From assembly GCF_006345805.1 (NCBI RefSeq), contig NC_043004.1, positions 64,852,001 to 64,916,000 on the forward strand: a stretch of 64,000 bases of DNA, given 5' to 3'. Below, piece by piece: positions 53,601-64,000 of the stretch; position 1 is the first letter of the stretch; every line of letters starts with the position of its first letter. Origin of the DNA: Octopus sinensis (lineage: Eukaryota). The position numbers and the translations under genes were made by a program. The notes below the pieces were generated by a model, which worked only from the letters and a program-made list of their open reading frames with translations, made no database searches and had not been told where the DNA came from.

Positions 53601-53997
53601 TGTCTGTCAGCTTGTTCCCTGTTAAGTCTTGCGTGATTTGAAAATGTTGGTTGTGGGTGATTTCTGTTTCTAGTGTATGGAGGATAGTTGGGGGTTGTTC
53701 CTGGGTTGTTTGGTTTTTCTTTTTTAATTTTTGTAATTTTCTTAAGGAAGGGATTATCTGTACCCAATTCATTTTTGAAAGTTGAACTATATCTTTGGAA
53801 GAAATCGTTGCTTTTTTCCCAGCGCAGGAGAGAATTTCTCTCTTCTTTTTCACAGGTATCTTTCCAATGATCTAATGTATTTTCGAGGGGTTGTCCCTCG
53901 GTATGTTTTTGTATTATATTGTGCATCTCCTCGTCGATGCTTTTAAATTTTTCCTCATTTGTGGAGGCCCTAAGTTTTAGAAGCTCTATTTCTGATC
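50665..53997 (-). mobile_element. Penelope-like element (Neptune-type), copy 2, frameshifted and 5'-truncated
   Basis: ORF pieces 53150..53926, 52287..52754 (YGLPKIHK, LRPIVAG), 51997..52305 and 50891..51892 (GIY-YIG). Small deletions remove the RFLDD motif. Confidence 0.93.
50773..50812 (-). ncRNA. Minimal type I hammerhead ribozyme, U3:A8 variant (same as 1506-1545)
   Basis: Reverse complement: aagaaat-TTGAAAA-GC tgaat GC-GAAA-CCGG-T-C-atttctt; only a loop base differs from copy 1. Confidence 0.75.
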
Positions 53998-54392
53998 TTA
54001 CATTGAATAGAGCTGACTTTTCCCTAATAGTTCTCTGTCTGTCAGGCTCGTTAGGGCTTCATGTACCTTTGCATGTCGTTTAAGACCTCCTGCCAAATTA
54101 CACTCTCTTCCACATACCTGACACATATGATTAGTATGGTGTGTTACGCCACCACCAGTGGCCAGGTTGTCACTCATCTGTCTCGCTTTATGACTACGAA
54201 GATGACTCTTGAGTCCAGCTTTACTGAGGCAGGGTCTTGCACAGACATTGCATGTCGGCATCATAGGAAGACCATTCCCATCTGGAAGTGTAACAGCGAT
54301 GCCCTTCCTGACATCCCTCCTTACTTTCTCATGAGTAACTCGAGATTTCTCAAAAGTAGCTGTCCCCTCATGCACAATCCCTCTCCACCTGC
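53998..54392 (-). mobile_element. 3' fragment of a different RTE/BovB-like LINE ORF carrying two C2H2 fingers
   Basis: WR...HEGTATFEKSR followed by CNVCARPCLSKAGLKSHLRSH and CQVCGRECNLAGGLKRHAKVH, typical of the RTE ORF C-terminus; no TGEKP linkers. Confidence 0.6.
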
Positions 54393-54409
54393 TATATATA
54401 TATATATAT

Positions 54410-54775
54410 CACCATCATCGTTTAACGTCCGCTTTCCATGCTAGCATGGGTTGGACGGTTCAACTGGGTTCTGGGAAGCCAGAAGGCTGCACCAGGCCCA
54501 GTCTGATCTGGCAGTGTTTCTACAGCTGGATGCCCTTCCTAACGCCAACCACTCTTGAGTGTAGTGGGTGCTTTTTACATGCCACCGGCACAGGTGCCAG
54601 ACGAGGCTGCCAAACGGCCATGATCGGATGGTGATTTTTACATGCCACCGGCACAGAGACCAGACGAAGCTGACTACAGCCACGTTCAGATGGTTCTCTT
54701 ACGTGCCACCGGCACTGGTATCACAGCTAAAAATTCCCCTGATGTTGATAGATTACGATTTTGATTTTGATTTTC
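54410..54775 (-). mobile_element. Inverted RTE 3' UTR fragment abutting the 5' end of RTE copy 2
   Basis: Reverse complement of the RTE 3' UTR and tail. Confidence 0.88.
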
Positions 54776-54820
54776 AGTGCCCGGTGTCGTTTTGCCCCTC
54801 TGTTATCACCATGTCTCTCT

Positions 54821-54852
<32 letters not shown>

Positions 54853-55589
54853 GCGGTGTCGTTTTCTCCCTCTGTTATCGCTGTCTCTCTCTCTGTATAT
54901 ATTTCACTTTCACTCGCTGCCACAGGCTTAGCCAATACGCTCTGCCTTCTACTCATACCTCCGCACCCCCTCCCCTATAAAACCCTACGCACGAGGCTTG
55001 ACCGCCCCTTATTATTACTTCTCTCCTGGCTATAACACACGAAATACGAACCGCAGGATGATGAAAAATATCAGCTAAGTCATATTTAAGTTCACGACCT
55101 GTCCCTCTTTTCATTGTTTTTGCAAGTATTATTATCACCATCAAGCCTTATTATTGTGTCCCCATATATTATCGTTATCGTTGTCCTTCGTCTCAAATGC
55201 TAGCTGAAGCATATAAACTTTCGCTCACAAAAACTTATTCACACGACCGCAAAAACATCTCGTCTCAAATCTGGTCTTTCTGTCGCTTAATTCTCTAACC
55301 CATCTTTCCCAACTTCCACTCATAGAAACTTATGCACACGACCGCAAACCTTTCCATCTCAAATCTTGTCTTTCTTACTGCTGCCTAAATCTCGTCTTCT
55401 CCCAGTGCGCGGTGCGCCCGCCCTCACCACCAGTACCGGAAGTCCTTATCTCACCTTGCCTTCCTTTGCTTTTCTTCCATGAACACCTAAAGGCCTTAAA
55501 CCAATACCACCCCTTCTATATATGGTGGTGACCATACGGCACAAAAACATGATAGTGCAGTGTAACAGGTTGAACTTAAGTTCGTTGCT

Positions 55590-58500
55590 TTGCTTATGAA
55601 TTCTGCCAAATGCGAGTTTTCTTCTTCTTTTCAGGTACATGACGCCACTGCTCCCCATCCCTGGGCCTCTCGGGTCAATACCTTCCACACCCTCAGGGTG
55701 GGCACCCTCAACGTTGGCACACTGAAAGGTAGGTCTGGCGAGATAGTCGAGATGCTTGAACGGAGACGTGTTGATGTATGTTGTATGCAAGAAATAAGGT
55801 GGAGAGGAGGATCTGCTAGGTTCCTCACAGGCAAGGAACACAGGTACAAGATTTTCTGGGCAGGGAACACTGACGGGGTTGGTGGCATGGGTATACTTAT
55901 CACTGAGAAATGGATAGATAGAGTAATTGAGGTAATCAGAGTAAGTGACAGAATACTTAAGATTAGAATGGTGCTTCATAATAGATTAGCAACCATTATA
56001 TCGGCCTATGCCCCTCAGCCAGGGCTACCTGATGGACAGAAAGACAGTTTCTATGACACCCTACTGCAGACCACCTCATTGACGAACGACAGGGACCTTC
56101 TCTTTGTGGCAGGTGATTTCAATGGGCATGTTGGACGACATGCTGGGGGCTTCCATGGCGTACATGGAGGCTATGGTTATGGTTCCCGCAACGAGGAGGG
56201 AACCAGGCTGCTGGAGTTCTGCGATGCGAATAGTCTTATGGTTTGCAACACTAACTTCAGGAAACCGACAAGCCACCTGGTCACCTACCGATCGGGCCGG
56301 CATACTAGCCAAATCGACTACATCCTTGCCAGAAAAAGGGAAAGATGGCTGCTTATAAATGCCAAAACCTTCCCAGGCGAAGAATGCACTCCACAACATA
56401 GACTGGTAGTTAGTGACTTTAGGATCAGGACTAAGAGGGTGACTAGAAGACGACCAACATGGAGAAGAAGGGTCTGGAAGCTTAAAGACCCTGCGAATGG
56501 ACAGAGATTTAGAGATATGTTATTTGAAGCCTTAGACGAAATGGAAGGGAGTATAGCTACGCATGGGGTAGAAGACAACTGGACGCTTCTGAGGGACAAC
56601 CTGCTGAAAGCCGCTGACCAGATCTGTGGCTGGTGCAAAGTCCCCTTAAGACCCAAAATAACGTGGTGGTGGAACAATATTGTTGACAGGGCTATTAGAC
56701 AAAAGAAACAGGCTTGGAAGGCCTGGAAGAACGGTGGTAGCAGGGAAGTGTATCAGACTGCCAGAAGGGAAGCCAGGAGACAGGTCTATCTAGCCAGAGG
56801 GGAGGCAGATAAGGAAAAATTTGCCAATGTCCTGCGCCGTGAGGATGAAAGACTTGAGGTATTTCGTGTTGCAAGACAGTGTGTGAGAATCGTGATGTGG
56901 TGGGAGAGAAATGTGTTCGCATGGAGGATGGTTCACTTGCGCTAAATGAGGATGCAAAGAGAGAAGCTTGGAGACGCCACTATGAAAGGTTGCTGAATGA
57001 GGAAAATGAATGGGATAAAGAGAGTCTGCCGAATGTTGACCCAACAGAGGGACCAGCTATCTGAGTTGATAGTTCCGTGGTAGCTAAGGCAATTAGAAGC
57101 ATGAAGACAGGGAAAGCCCCAGGCCCATCAGGAATTACTGCAGAGATGCTCAAAATATCTGGTAGTGTCGGCTATAGCATAGTCACCCGTATAGTTAACC
57201 AGGTGATACACGAAGGAGTCATACCCAATGACTGGTGTAGCAGCATAATAGTCAACTGCTACAAAGGTAAAGGCGATGCCCTAGATACAAATAACTACAG
57301 GGGCATCAAGCTGTTGGATCAGGTAATGAAGGTTACGGAGAGGGTTATAGCCCAGTTAATTAGAGAGAGAGTTAGCTTAGATGATATGCAGTTTGGGTTC
57401 ATGCCAGGGAAAAGTACTACTGATGCTATATTCCTGGTAAGACAGCTGCAGGAGAAATACCTAGCCAAAGGTAGGCCCTTGTACCTGGCTTTTGTTGACT
57501 TGGAGAAAGCCTTTGACAGGGTCCCCCGATCCCTTATCTGGTGGTCAATGAGGAAACTAGGGATAGATGAATGGTTAGTGAGAGCTGTGCGAGCCATGTA
57601 CAGAGACGCTGCTAGTAAGGTGAGGGTTGGCAACGAGTACAGTGAAGAATTCCGGGTAGAGGTTGGGGTCCACCAAGGTTCAGTCCTCAGCCCCCTCCTA
57701 TTTATCATAGTCCTCCAGGCAATAACGGAAGAATTTAAGACAGGATGCCCCTGGGAGCTCCTCTGTGCTGACGACCTTGCTCTAATTGCTGAGTCACTAT
57801 CAGAACTGGAGGAGAAGTTTCAGGTGTGGAAACAAGGATTAGAATCGAAGGGCCTTAGAATCAATCTAGCTAAAACCAAAGTCCTAATAAGTAGGAAGGT
57901 GGACCAACCACAAACGACTTCAGGTAGATGGCCCTGCTCGATCTGTAAAAAAGGTGTAGGTAGAAACTCTATAAGGTGCACCAAGTGTGAGCTATGGACA
58001 CATAAGAGGTGCAGCAATGTCAAAGATAGGCTAACTGGGAAGATAGTTTTCGTATGTGGCAGATGCTCAGGAGCAATAAACACTGGAAATGTGCAGAGAC
58101 CAACTTCTACCACGTTCCAGGGAGACAAACTAGAAGTAGTTGATAGCTTCCGCTACCTAGGAGACCAAGTCAGTAGCAGGGGTGGGTGTGCTGAAAGTGT
58201 AACTGCTAGAGTAAGAATAGCCTGGGCAAAGTTTAGAGAGCTCTTACCCCTGCTGGTGACAAAAGGCCTCTCGCTCAGAGTTAAAGGCAGACTTTATGAT
58301 GCATGTGTACGTACAGCCATGCTACATGGTAGTGAAACATGGGCCGTGACTGCTGAGGATATGCGTAAGCTCGCAAGAAATGAAGCCAGTATGCTCCGAT
58401 GGATGTGTAATGTCAGTGTTCATAATCGTCAGAGTGTAAGTACCTTGAGAGAAAAGTTGAACCTAAGAAGCGTCAGTTGTGGTGTGCAAGAGAGACGGCT

Positions 58501-58717
58501 GCGCTGGTATGGTCATGTGACGAGAATGGCTGAAGATAGTTGTGTGCAAAAGTGCTACACCCTAGCAGTTGAGGGAACCTGTGGAAGAGGTAGACCCAGG
58601 AAAACCTGGGACGAAGTGGTGAAGCACGACCTACGAACTTTAGATCTCACCAAGGAAATGACTAGAGACCGAGACCTATGGAAGTATGCTGTGCATGAGA
58701 AGACCCGGCAAGACTAG
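55590..58717 (+). pseudogene. RTE APE-RT ORF with three lesions
   Basis: Frameshift near 56886, CGA->TGA at 57062 (CGA in copy 1) and YADD->CADD at 57764. Confidence 0.9.
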
Positions 58718-58869
58718 TCAGGCCATAACCCGTGGCCCCTACCTGGGACGTAGTCAGTCCACCTGTGCATACCTTCCTTCTTGTGACACTTGTGAAGACC
58801 TGTTGAGGCAAGTGAAAATCAAACAAAATCAAAATAGATGAACATCAATGGAATTTGTATCTTTGTGGT

Positions 58870-59340
58870 ACCAGTGCCGGTGGCACACAAGAAAACCATC
58901 CGAACATGGCCGTAGCCAGTACCGCACTGACTGGCCTCCATGCTGTGGGCACGTAACAATCACCATCCAATCGTGGCCGATCGCCAGCCTAATCTGGCTC
59001 CTGTGTCGGTGGCACATAAAAAACACCATCCGAGTGTGGTCGTCTGCTAGCCTTGTCTGGCACCTGTGTCGGTGGTACATAAAAACACCATCCGAGCATG
59101 GCCGTTCGCCAGCCTCATCTGGCACCTGTGACGGTGGCACATAAAAACACCATCCGAGCATGGTCGTCTGCTAGCCTTGTCTGGCACCTGTGTCGGTGGC
59201 ACATAAAAACACCATCCGAGCGTGGCCGTTCGCCAGCTTCGTCTGGCACCTGTGTCGGTGGCACATAAAAACACCATCCAAGCGTGGCCGTTCGCCAGCC
59301 TCGTCTGGCACCTGTGTCGGTGGCACATAAAATCACCCAC
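58870..59340 (+). repeat. ~62-bp tandem array (about 8 units) in the RTE 3' UTR
   Basis: Unit: ggtggcacataaaaacaccatccgagcgtggccgttcgccagcctcgtctggcacctgtgtc. Confidence 0.9.
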
Positions 59341-59497
59341 TACACTCTCGGAGTGGTTGGCGTTAGGAAGGGCATCCAGCTGTAGAAACACTGCCAGATC
59401 TGACTGGCCTGGTGCAGCCTTCGGGCTCCCCAGACCCCAGTTGAACCGTCCAACCCATGCTAGCATGGAAAGCGGAAGTTAAATGATGATGATGATA

Positions 59498-59531
59498 CAT
59501 ACATATATACATATGCATACATATATATATA

Positions 59532-59563
<32 letters not shown>

Positions 59564-59653
59564 AGATATATATATATATACATATAATATATATATATTA
59601 TATATATATATTATATATATATATTATATATATATATATACATTATATATATA

Positions 59654-59684
<31 letters not shown>

Positions 59685-59725
59685 CATATAATATATATAT
59701 ATATATATATACAATATATATATAT

Positions 59726-59756
<31 letters not shown>

Positions 59757-59996
59757 GTTAATAAAATAGAACATATGCATATATATAAACATATATGTAC
59801 GTACCTACCTCTACATGTACATATACACGCATATATGTGTACAGGACACCAAAAAGACGTCGAACACATAGAGAGACGAAAAACATAGACACAAACCAAG
59901 GAACAAGACAAGCAAAAAAGAGATACAGGACAATAAGCACAACGAAAAATCCCCTTCTTCAGTCGCTAAGGTTTCATCTACTAAACGTTTCGAAGG

Positions 59997-60047
<51 letters not shown>

Positions 60048-60061
60048 TATATAATATATAT

Positions 60062-60092
<31 letters not shown>

Positions 60093-60195
60093 ACATATAT
60101 ATATATATATATACATATATATACATATATATATACATATATATACATATATATAATATATACATATATATACATATATATATATATATACATAT

Positions 60196-60257
<62 letters not shown>

Positions 60258-60280
60258 CATATGCATATATACACATATAT
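59498..60280. repeat. (TA)n-rich microsatellites flanking a ~240-bp repeat related to 20160-20345
   Basis: Read directly; 59800-59996 is a minus-strand homolog of the repeat near 20.2 kb. Confidence 0.85.
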
Positions 60281-60284
60281 AGAG

Positions 60285-61362
60285 AAAGAATAGCTTGGGC
60301 AAAGTTCAGAGAGCTCTTACCTCTGCTAGGGACAAAAGGCTTCTCACTCAGAGTAGCCATGCTACATGGCAGTGAAACATGGGCCATGACTGCTGAGGAT
60401 ATGTGTAAGCTCGCAAGAAATGAAGCCAGTATGCTCCGATGAATGTGTAATGTCAGTGTTCATATTCGACAGAGTGTAAGTACCTTGAGAGAGAAGTTGG
60501 ACCTAAGAAGCATCAGTTGCGGTGTGCAAGAGAGACGTTTGCGCTGGTATGGCCATGTGGTGAGAATGGATGAAGATAGTTGTGTGAAAAAGTGCCACAC
60601 CCTAGCTGTTGAGGGAACCTGTGGAAGAGGCAGACCCAGGAAAACCTGGGATGAGGTGGTGAAGCACAACCTTCGAACTTTAGGTCTCACCGAGAAAATG
60701 ACAAGAGACCGAGACCTTTGGAAGTATGCTGCGTGTGAGAAGACCTGGCAGGACAACAGAGACCATCACCCATGGCCTCAGTCCACTTATGCATACCTTT
60801 CCTTCTTGGGACACAAAACCCTACTTGTGAAGACCTGTTGAGGCAAGTGAAAATCAAATCAAAATATCAAAAATCAAAAATCAAAATCGTTCAACATGAA
60901 TGGAAATTGTAGCTGTGATACCAGTGCCAGTGGCACATAACAGAACCATCCGAACGTGGCCGTTGCCAGTGCCGCCCTGCCTGGCTTCCATGCCGGTGGC
61001 AAGTAAAAAGCACCATCCAACCGTGGCCGTTGCCAGCCTTGCCTGGCCTCCGTGCCGGTAGCACATGAAAACCACCATCCGATCATGGCCGTTTGCCAGC
61101 CTCACCTGGCCTCCGTGCTGGTGGCACGTAAAAAGCACCATCCGACCATGGCCGTTTGCCAGCCTCGTCTGGCACCTGTGCCGGTGGCATGTAAAAAGCA
61201 CCCACTACACTCATGGAGTGGTTGGCGTTAGGAAGGGCATCCAGCCATAGAAACATTGCCAGATCAGACTGGGCCTGGTGCAGCCTTCTGGCTTCCCAGA
61301 CCCCAGTTGAACCGTCCAACCCATGCCAGCATGGAAAGCGGACGATAAACAATGATGATGAT
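60285..61362 (+). mobile_element. RTE-clade LINE 3' fragment (copy 3), same subfamily as copy 1
   Basis: [14 protein letters not shown]...GRGRPRKTW; the 3' UTR is nearly identical to 8550-9078. Confidence 0.93.
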
Positions 61363-61500
61363 ACATGTATATACATATATATCCATATGTACATATATAT
61401 ACATTTATATATGCATATGTACACATATATACATATATAAGCATATATACACATATACATACATATACATGTGCATATATATACATACATGTGCATATGT

Positions 61501-61540
<40 letters not shown>

Positions 61541-61589
61541 AAACAAGTCAAAAATAGAAAATGCTAAGATGATTTTATAGTGAATCTTT

Positions 61590-61627
61590 CAGTACCGGTT
61601 TCGGTCATTTTGAGACCTTTTCAACTG
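61590..61627 (-). ncRNA. Minimal type I hammerhead ribozyme, U3:A8 variant
   Basis: Reverse complement: cag-TTGAAAA-GGTC tcaaaat GACC-GAAA-CCGG-T-A-ctg; all three stems are intact. Confidence 0.72.
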
Positions 61628-61951
61628 TAACGATTAAATAATTAAATTTTGAAAAATTTTGAAAAATTAGAAGAAAGGTTTTTTTAAAGGAATACTTCCA
61701 TAGTAGTGTTCAGATATAGGTGGCATTCTGCCTTTCTCTGACTCCCTTGTTTGCACTTATATATATATATATGCATATACAGGAGTTGGACAAAAGAATG
61801 GAAACAGCATAATTTTGAAATATCTATAAAATCGTCAAAAGCTCGTTTATTTTTGTTTTTTGATTTATTATTAGTGTTGCATAATATGTTTTGCCAAAAT
61901 TGCTGTTTCTTTTCAGATATCATCAGAAAAAGGTAATTAAAATTCATTAAA

Positions 61952-62200
61952 ATGACAGATCTTTAGGACTTTGAAAGAAGTCAAATTGTTGGTGCTCGTA
62001 TGGCAGGCGCTAGCGTAACGAAAACAGCCGGAATGTTTGCTGTATCAAGAAGTACTGTCTCGAAAGTAATGACAGCTTTTGAGAAAGAGGGAAAAACCTC
62101 CTCGTCGAAACAAAACTCCGGAAGAAAACCGAAACTTTAAGATAGGGACCGTTGGACTCTTACGCGAAATGCTATAAAGTATCATAAAAGTACAGCTCTC
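61952..62200 (+). pseudogene. Tc1 transposase N-terminal HTH remnant
   Basis: MTDL*DFERSQIVGARMAGASVTKTA...VSRSTVSKV...SGRKPKL. Confidence 0.75.
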
Positions 62201-62911
62201 AAGTGTGTGGAAAACAAATATGAAAAAAATGCGTGCTGATGACCCTGGGTGGGGGAAGGGGACTTTCGGAAAATTCAGAAGATCCGATTTTTCCGTATAA
62301 ATTCGGGTAAAATGGATATATTTTGATTTTTTTTTACGGAATCCCACGTTTTTGGTTATGAAGGATCCTATTCTGAAAAACAAATTTCAAAAATCGCATT
62401 TTCAAAATTTCATTATGTTATCGCAGTTTTGTGAGATTTGGCTGTTATTTCTAGCATGTGAATAGCCTGCTTGAAGGCCTGGCGATATATATTCTTTATT
62501 TATTTTTCTTGCTGAAAATTTGAAATTTTACAAATTTTTATCAGAATCGTAATCTCCGTATTTCGCAAAAAAAAAAAAAAAAATTCCGATCGCCGAAATA
62601 CCTTAACAAAGGAACTAAAAATTACTTAGGCAAATAGATATTACTTGCACTGCTTGAATAATTTGGTTGATTTGTGTTGGTTAATGTTTAAATTTGTTTA
62701 ATCAGTGATTCAGAGAATATGGACAAAAGAAAAATGATTAACTTGTGAGGTTTGGAAAGCAAATCTCTGATGGATAACTCTTCAATGGGGAAGTTAAAGA
62801 GAGAGCGCGAAACTGGAAGAAAACAGCGGGAGATTTGAAGACATATCAAGACTAGAGAGAGAAACAAGGGAGATTATTGACTGCAGAGTTACTATCGCTT
62901 AATCTGTAAGG

Positions 62912-63099
62912 ACAACTCTCTGGCCACAGGTGTGTCCTTGTCCAGCCTTTTACCTTCAGGATAATTCCAGGCTCAAGTGTTGAATCTGTTACTATCGATT
63001 AATTTGTGTCATATGTAACAGATTCAACACTTCAATCTGGAATTTATTATCCTGTAGGTAAAAGCAGGATGAGGACACACCTCTTGCCAGAATCGTTGT
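62912..63099. repeat. Long imperfect inverted repeat (~80-bp arms, ~22-nt loop)
   Basis: aagtgttgaatctgttac / gtaacagattcaacactt core, extended by ttttacct/aggtaaaa and aggtgtgtcct/aggacacacct. Confidence 0.88.
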
Positions 63100-64000
63100 G
63101 TTGTACTTCTATATAATTACTTAAACTTAATTTGGAGCTTCGTTATATTACTTGCCATCACGTTATTTCTTACCACCTATGCATACCTCCACACATCTCA
63201 TATAATGTGGGTCTCGAGAATATATTGTTTAACGAAAGGCTGTTGTTCTGTCTTGGCTATTACTACTAAACCCTTACATGCTTGTCTTTAACGCCATCAG
63301 TTGAATATTATTTGATATTACGAAATACATATATCTCAGCAGAACTAAACCAAATCAAGACAAACTTTCAGTGAGGGTATCCATAGTGTCAAATGAAAAA
63401 AATTTTCGACGATTCTTTTTTTTTATTTCTTTAATTTTTCATGTGCTGGTGATGCCGCGTCTACTCACTGGCAAACACATCTCCGACAAACAACTAATAA
63501 TAAAGCTAATGTGAAGATCAAATAAATTGTGCCTTGTTTATTGGCAATATGACCGTCCCTAAATATATGTTTCAGAGCATGATCTCACATCAAGAAACAT
63601 ACATAAACGTGTAGCACATGAAGAATGGATTAGAACCTGTGTTTTGCCACTTACCAAATTTTCCACTCTCAACACAACCTCTCAACCTTGATATTTGCTT
63701 AGCATGTTAAATTCGTCTCAAGTGTCAAACCTTGAACAAACATTTTCCCTGCATGTTACATTATGCTATTTCCACCTTAAGCTTCCATTAATTGTTATGC
63801 GTGAACATCTTTTCATACTAATACAACACAATAAATTATGTTCAAATGCTTCCGTAATGTGAAATTACTACACTAATTCTTCTGTTAATTGTTCAATAAT
63901 ACAGTTCAGCAACATTGGCGCACAAACACTTCCAACAATCATTAATGACTTCCAACACAAGCAACAACAGATTCATTGAAAAGTTAAGATAACTTAGTTT

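Larger units (their letters stand above)
54780..59497 (+). mobile_element. RTE-clade LINE, near full length (copy 2)
   Basis: Long 5' UTR, APE endonuclease (TLNVGTL, MQE, SAYAPQ, GDFNGH, QIDYIL, HRLV), RT, 3' tandem array and (GAT)n tail. Confidence 0.95.

Noticed and set aside
53998-54375. Fourth host zinc-finger gene
   Set aside because: No TGEKP linkers and no shared leader; the context matches a LINE ORF C-terminus.
58870-59340. CRISPR-like appearance of the regular repeats
   Set aside because: The units are contiguous with no unique spacers, there are no cas genes, and the array is in a eukaryotic LINE 3' UTR.
59600-60442. ORFs rich in YI/IY/HT/VC repeats (also near 2430-2830, 20200-20660, 38600-39340 and 61080-61570)
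   Set aside because: These are translations of TA/CA microsatellites.

Overview
AT-rich, microsatellite-rich eukaryotic DNA, most likely from an octopus (inferred from tRNA-derived OK/OR-type SINEs, RTE LINEs with (GAT)n tails and tandem KRAB-less C2H2 zinc-finger genes). The host genes are two intact paralogous minus-strand poly-C2H2 genes (20 and 22 fingers) plus a collapsed pseudogene paralog. The rest is mostly mobile DNA: an apparently intact, very young Ty3/Gypsy (CsRn1-like) LTR element with seemingly identical 587-bp LTRs, a tRNA-Trp PBS and a -1 frameshift slippery site with a pseudoknot; two inverted copies of a Neptune-like Penelope element; a Naiad-like Penelope; three RTE LINEs with a PHD-like finger inside the RT; an L1/Tx1 element; mariner/Tc1 relics; a small Helitron; and many SINEs. 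The least obvious signal is about ten minimal hammerhead-ribozyme motifs at Penelope-type termini. Five of them carry a U3:A8 core instead of C3:G8, and one lies sense to a zinc-finger gene in its probable intron. All coordinates and base pairings were read by eye, so the edges of degenerate repeats are approximate.
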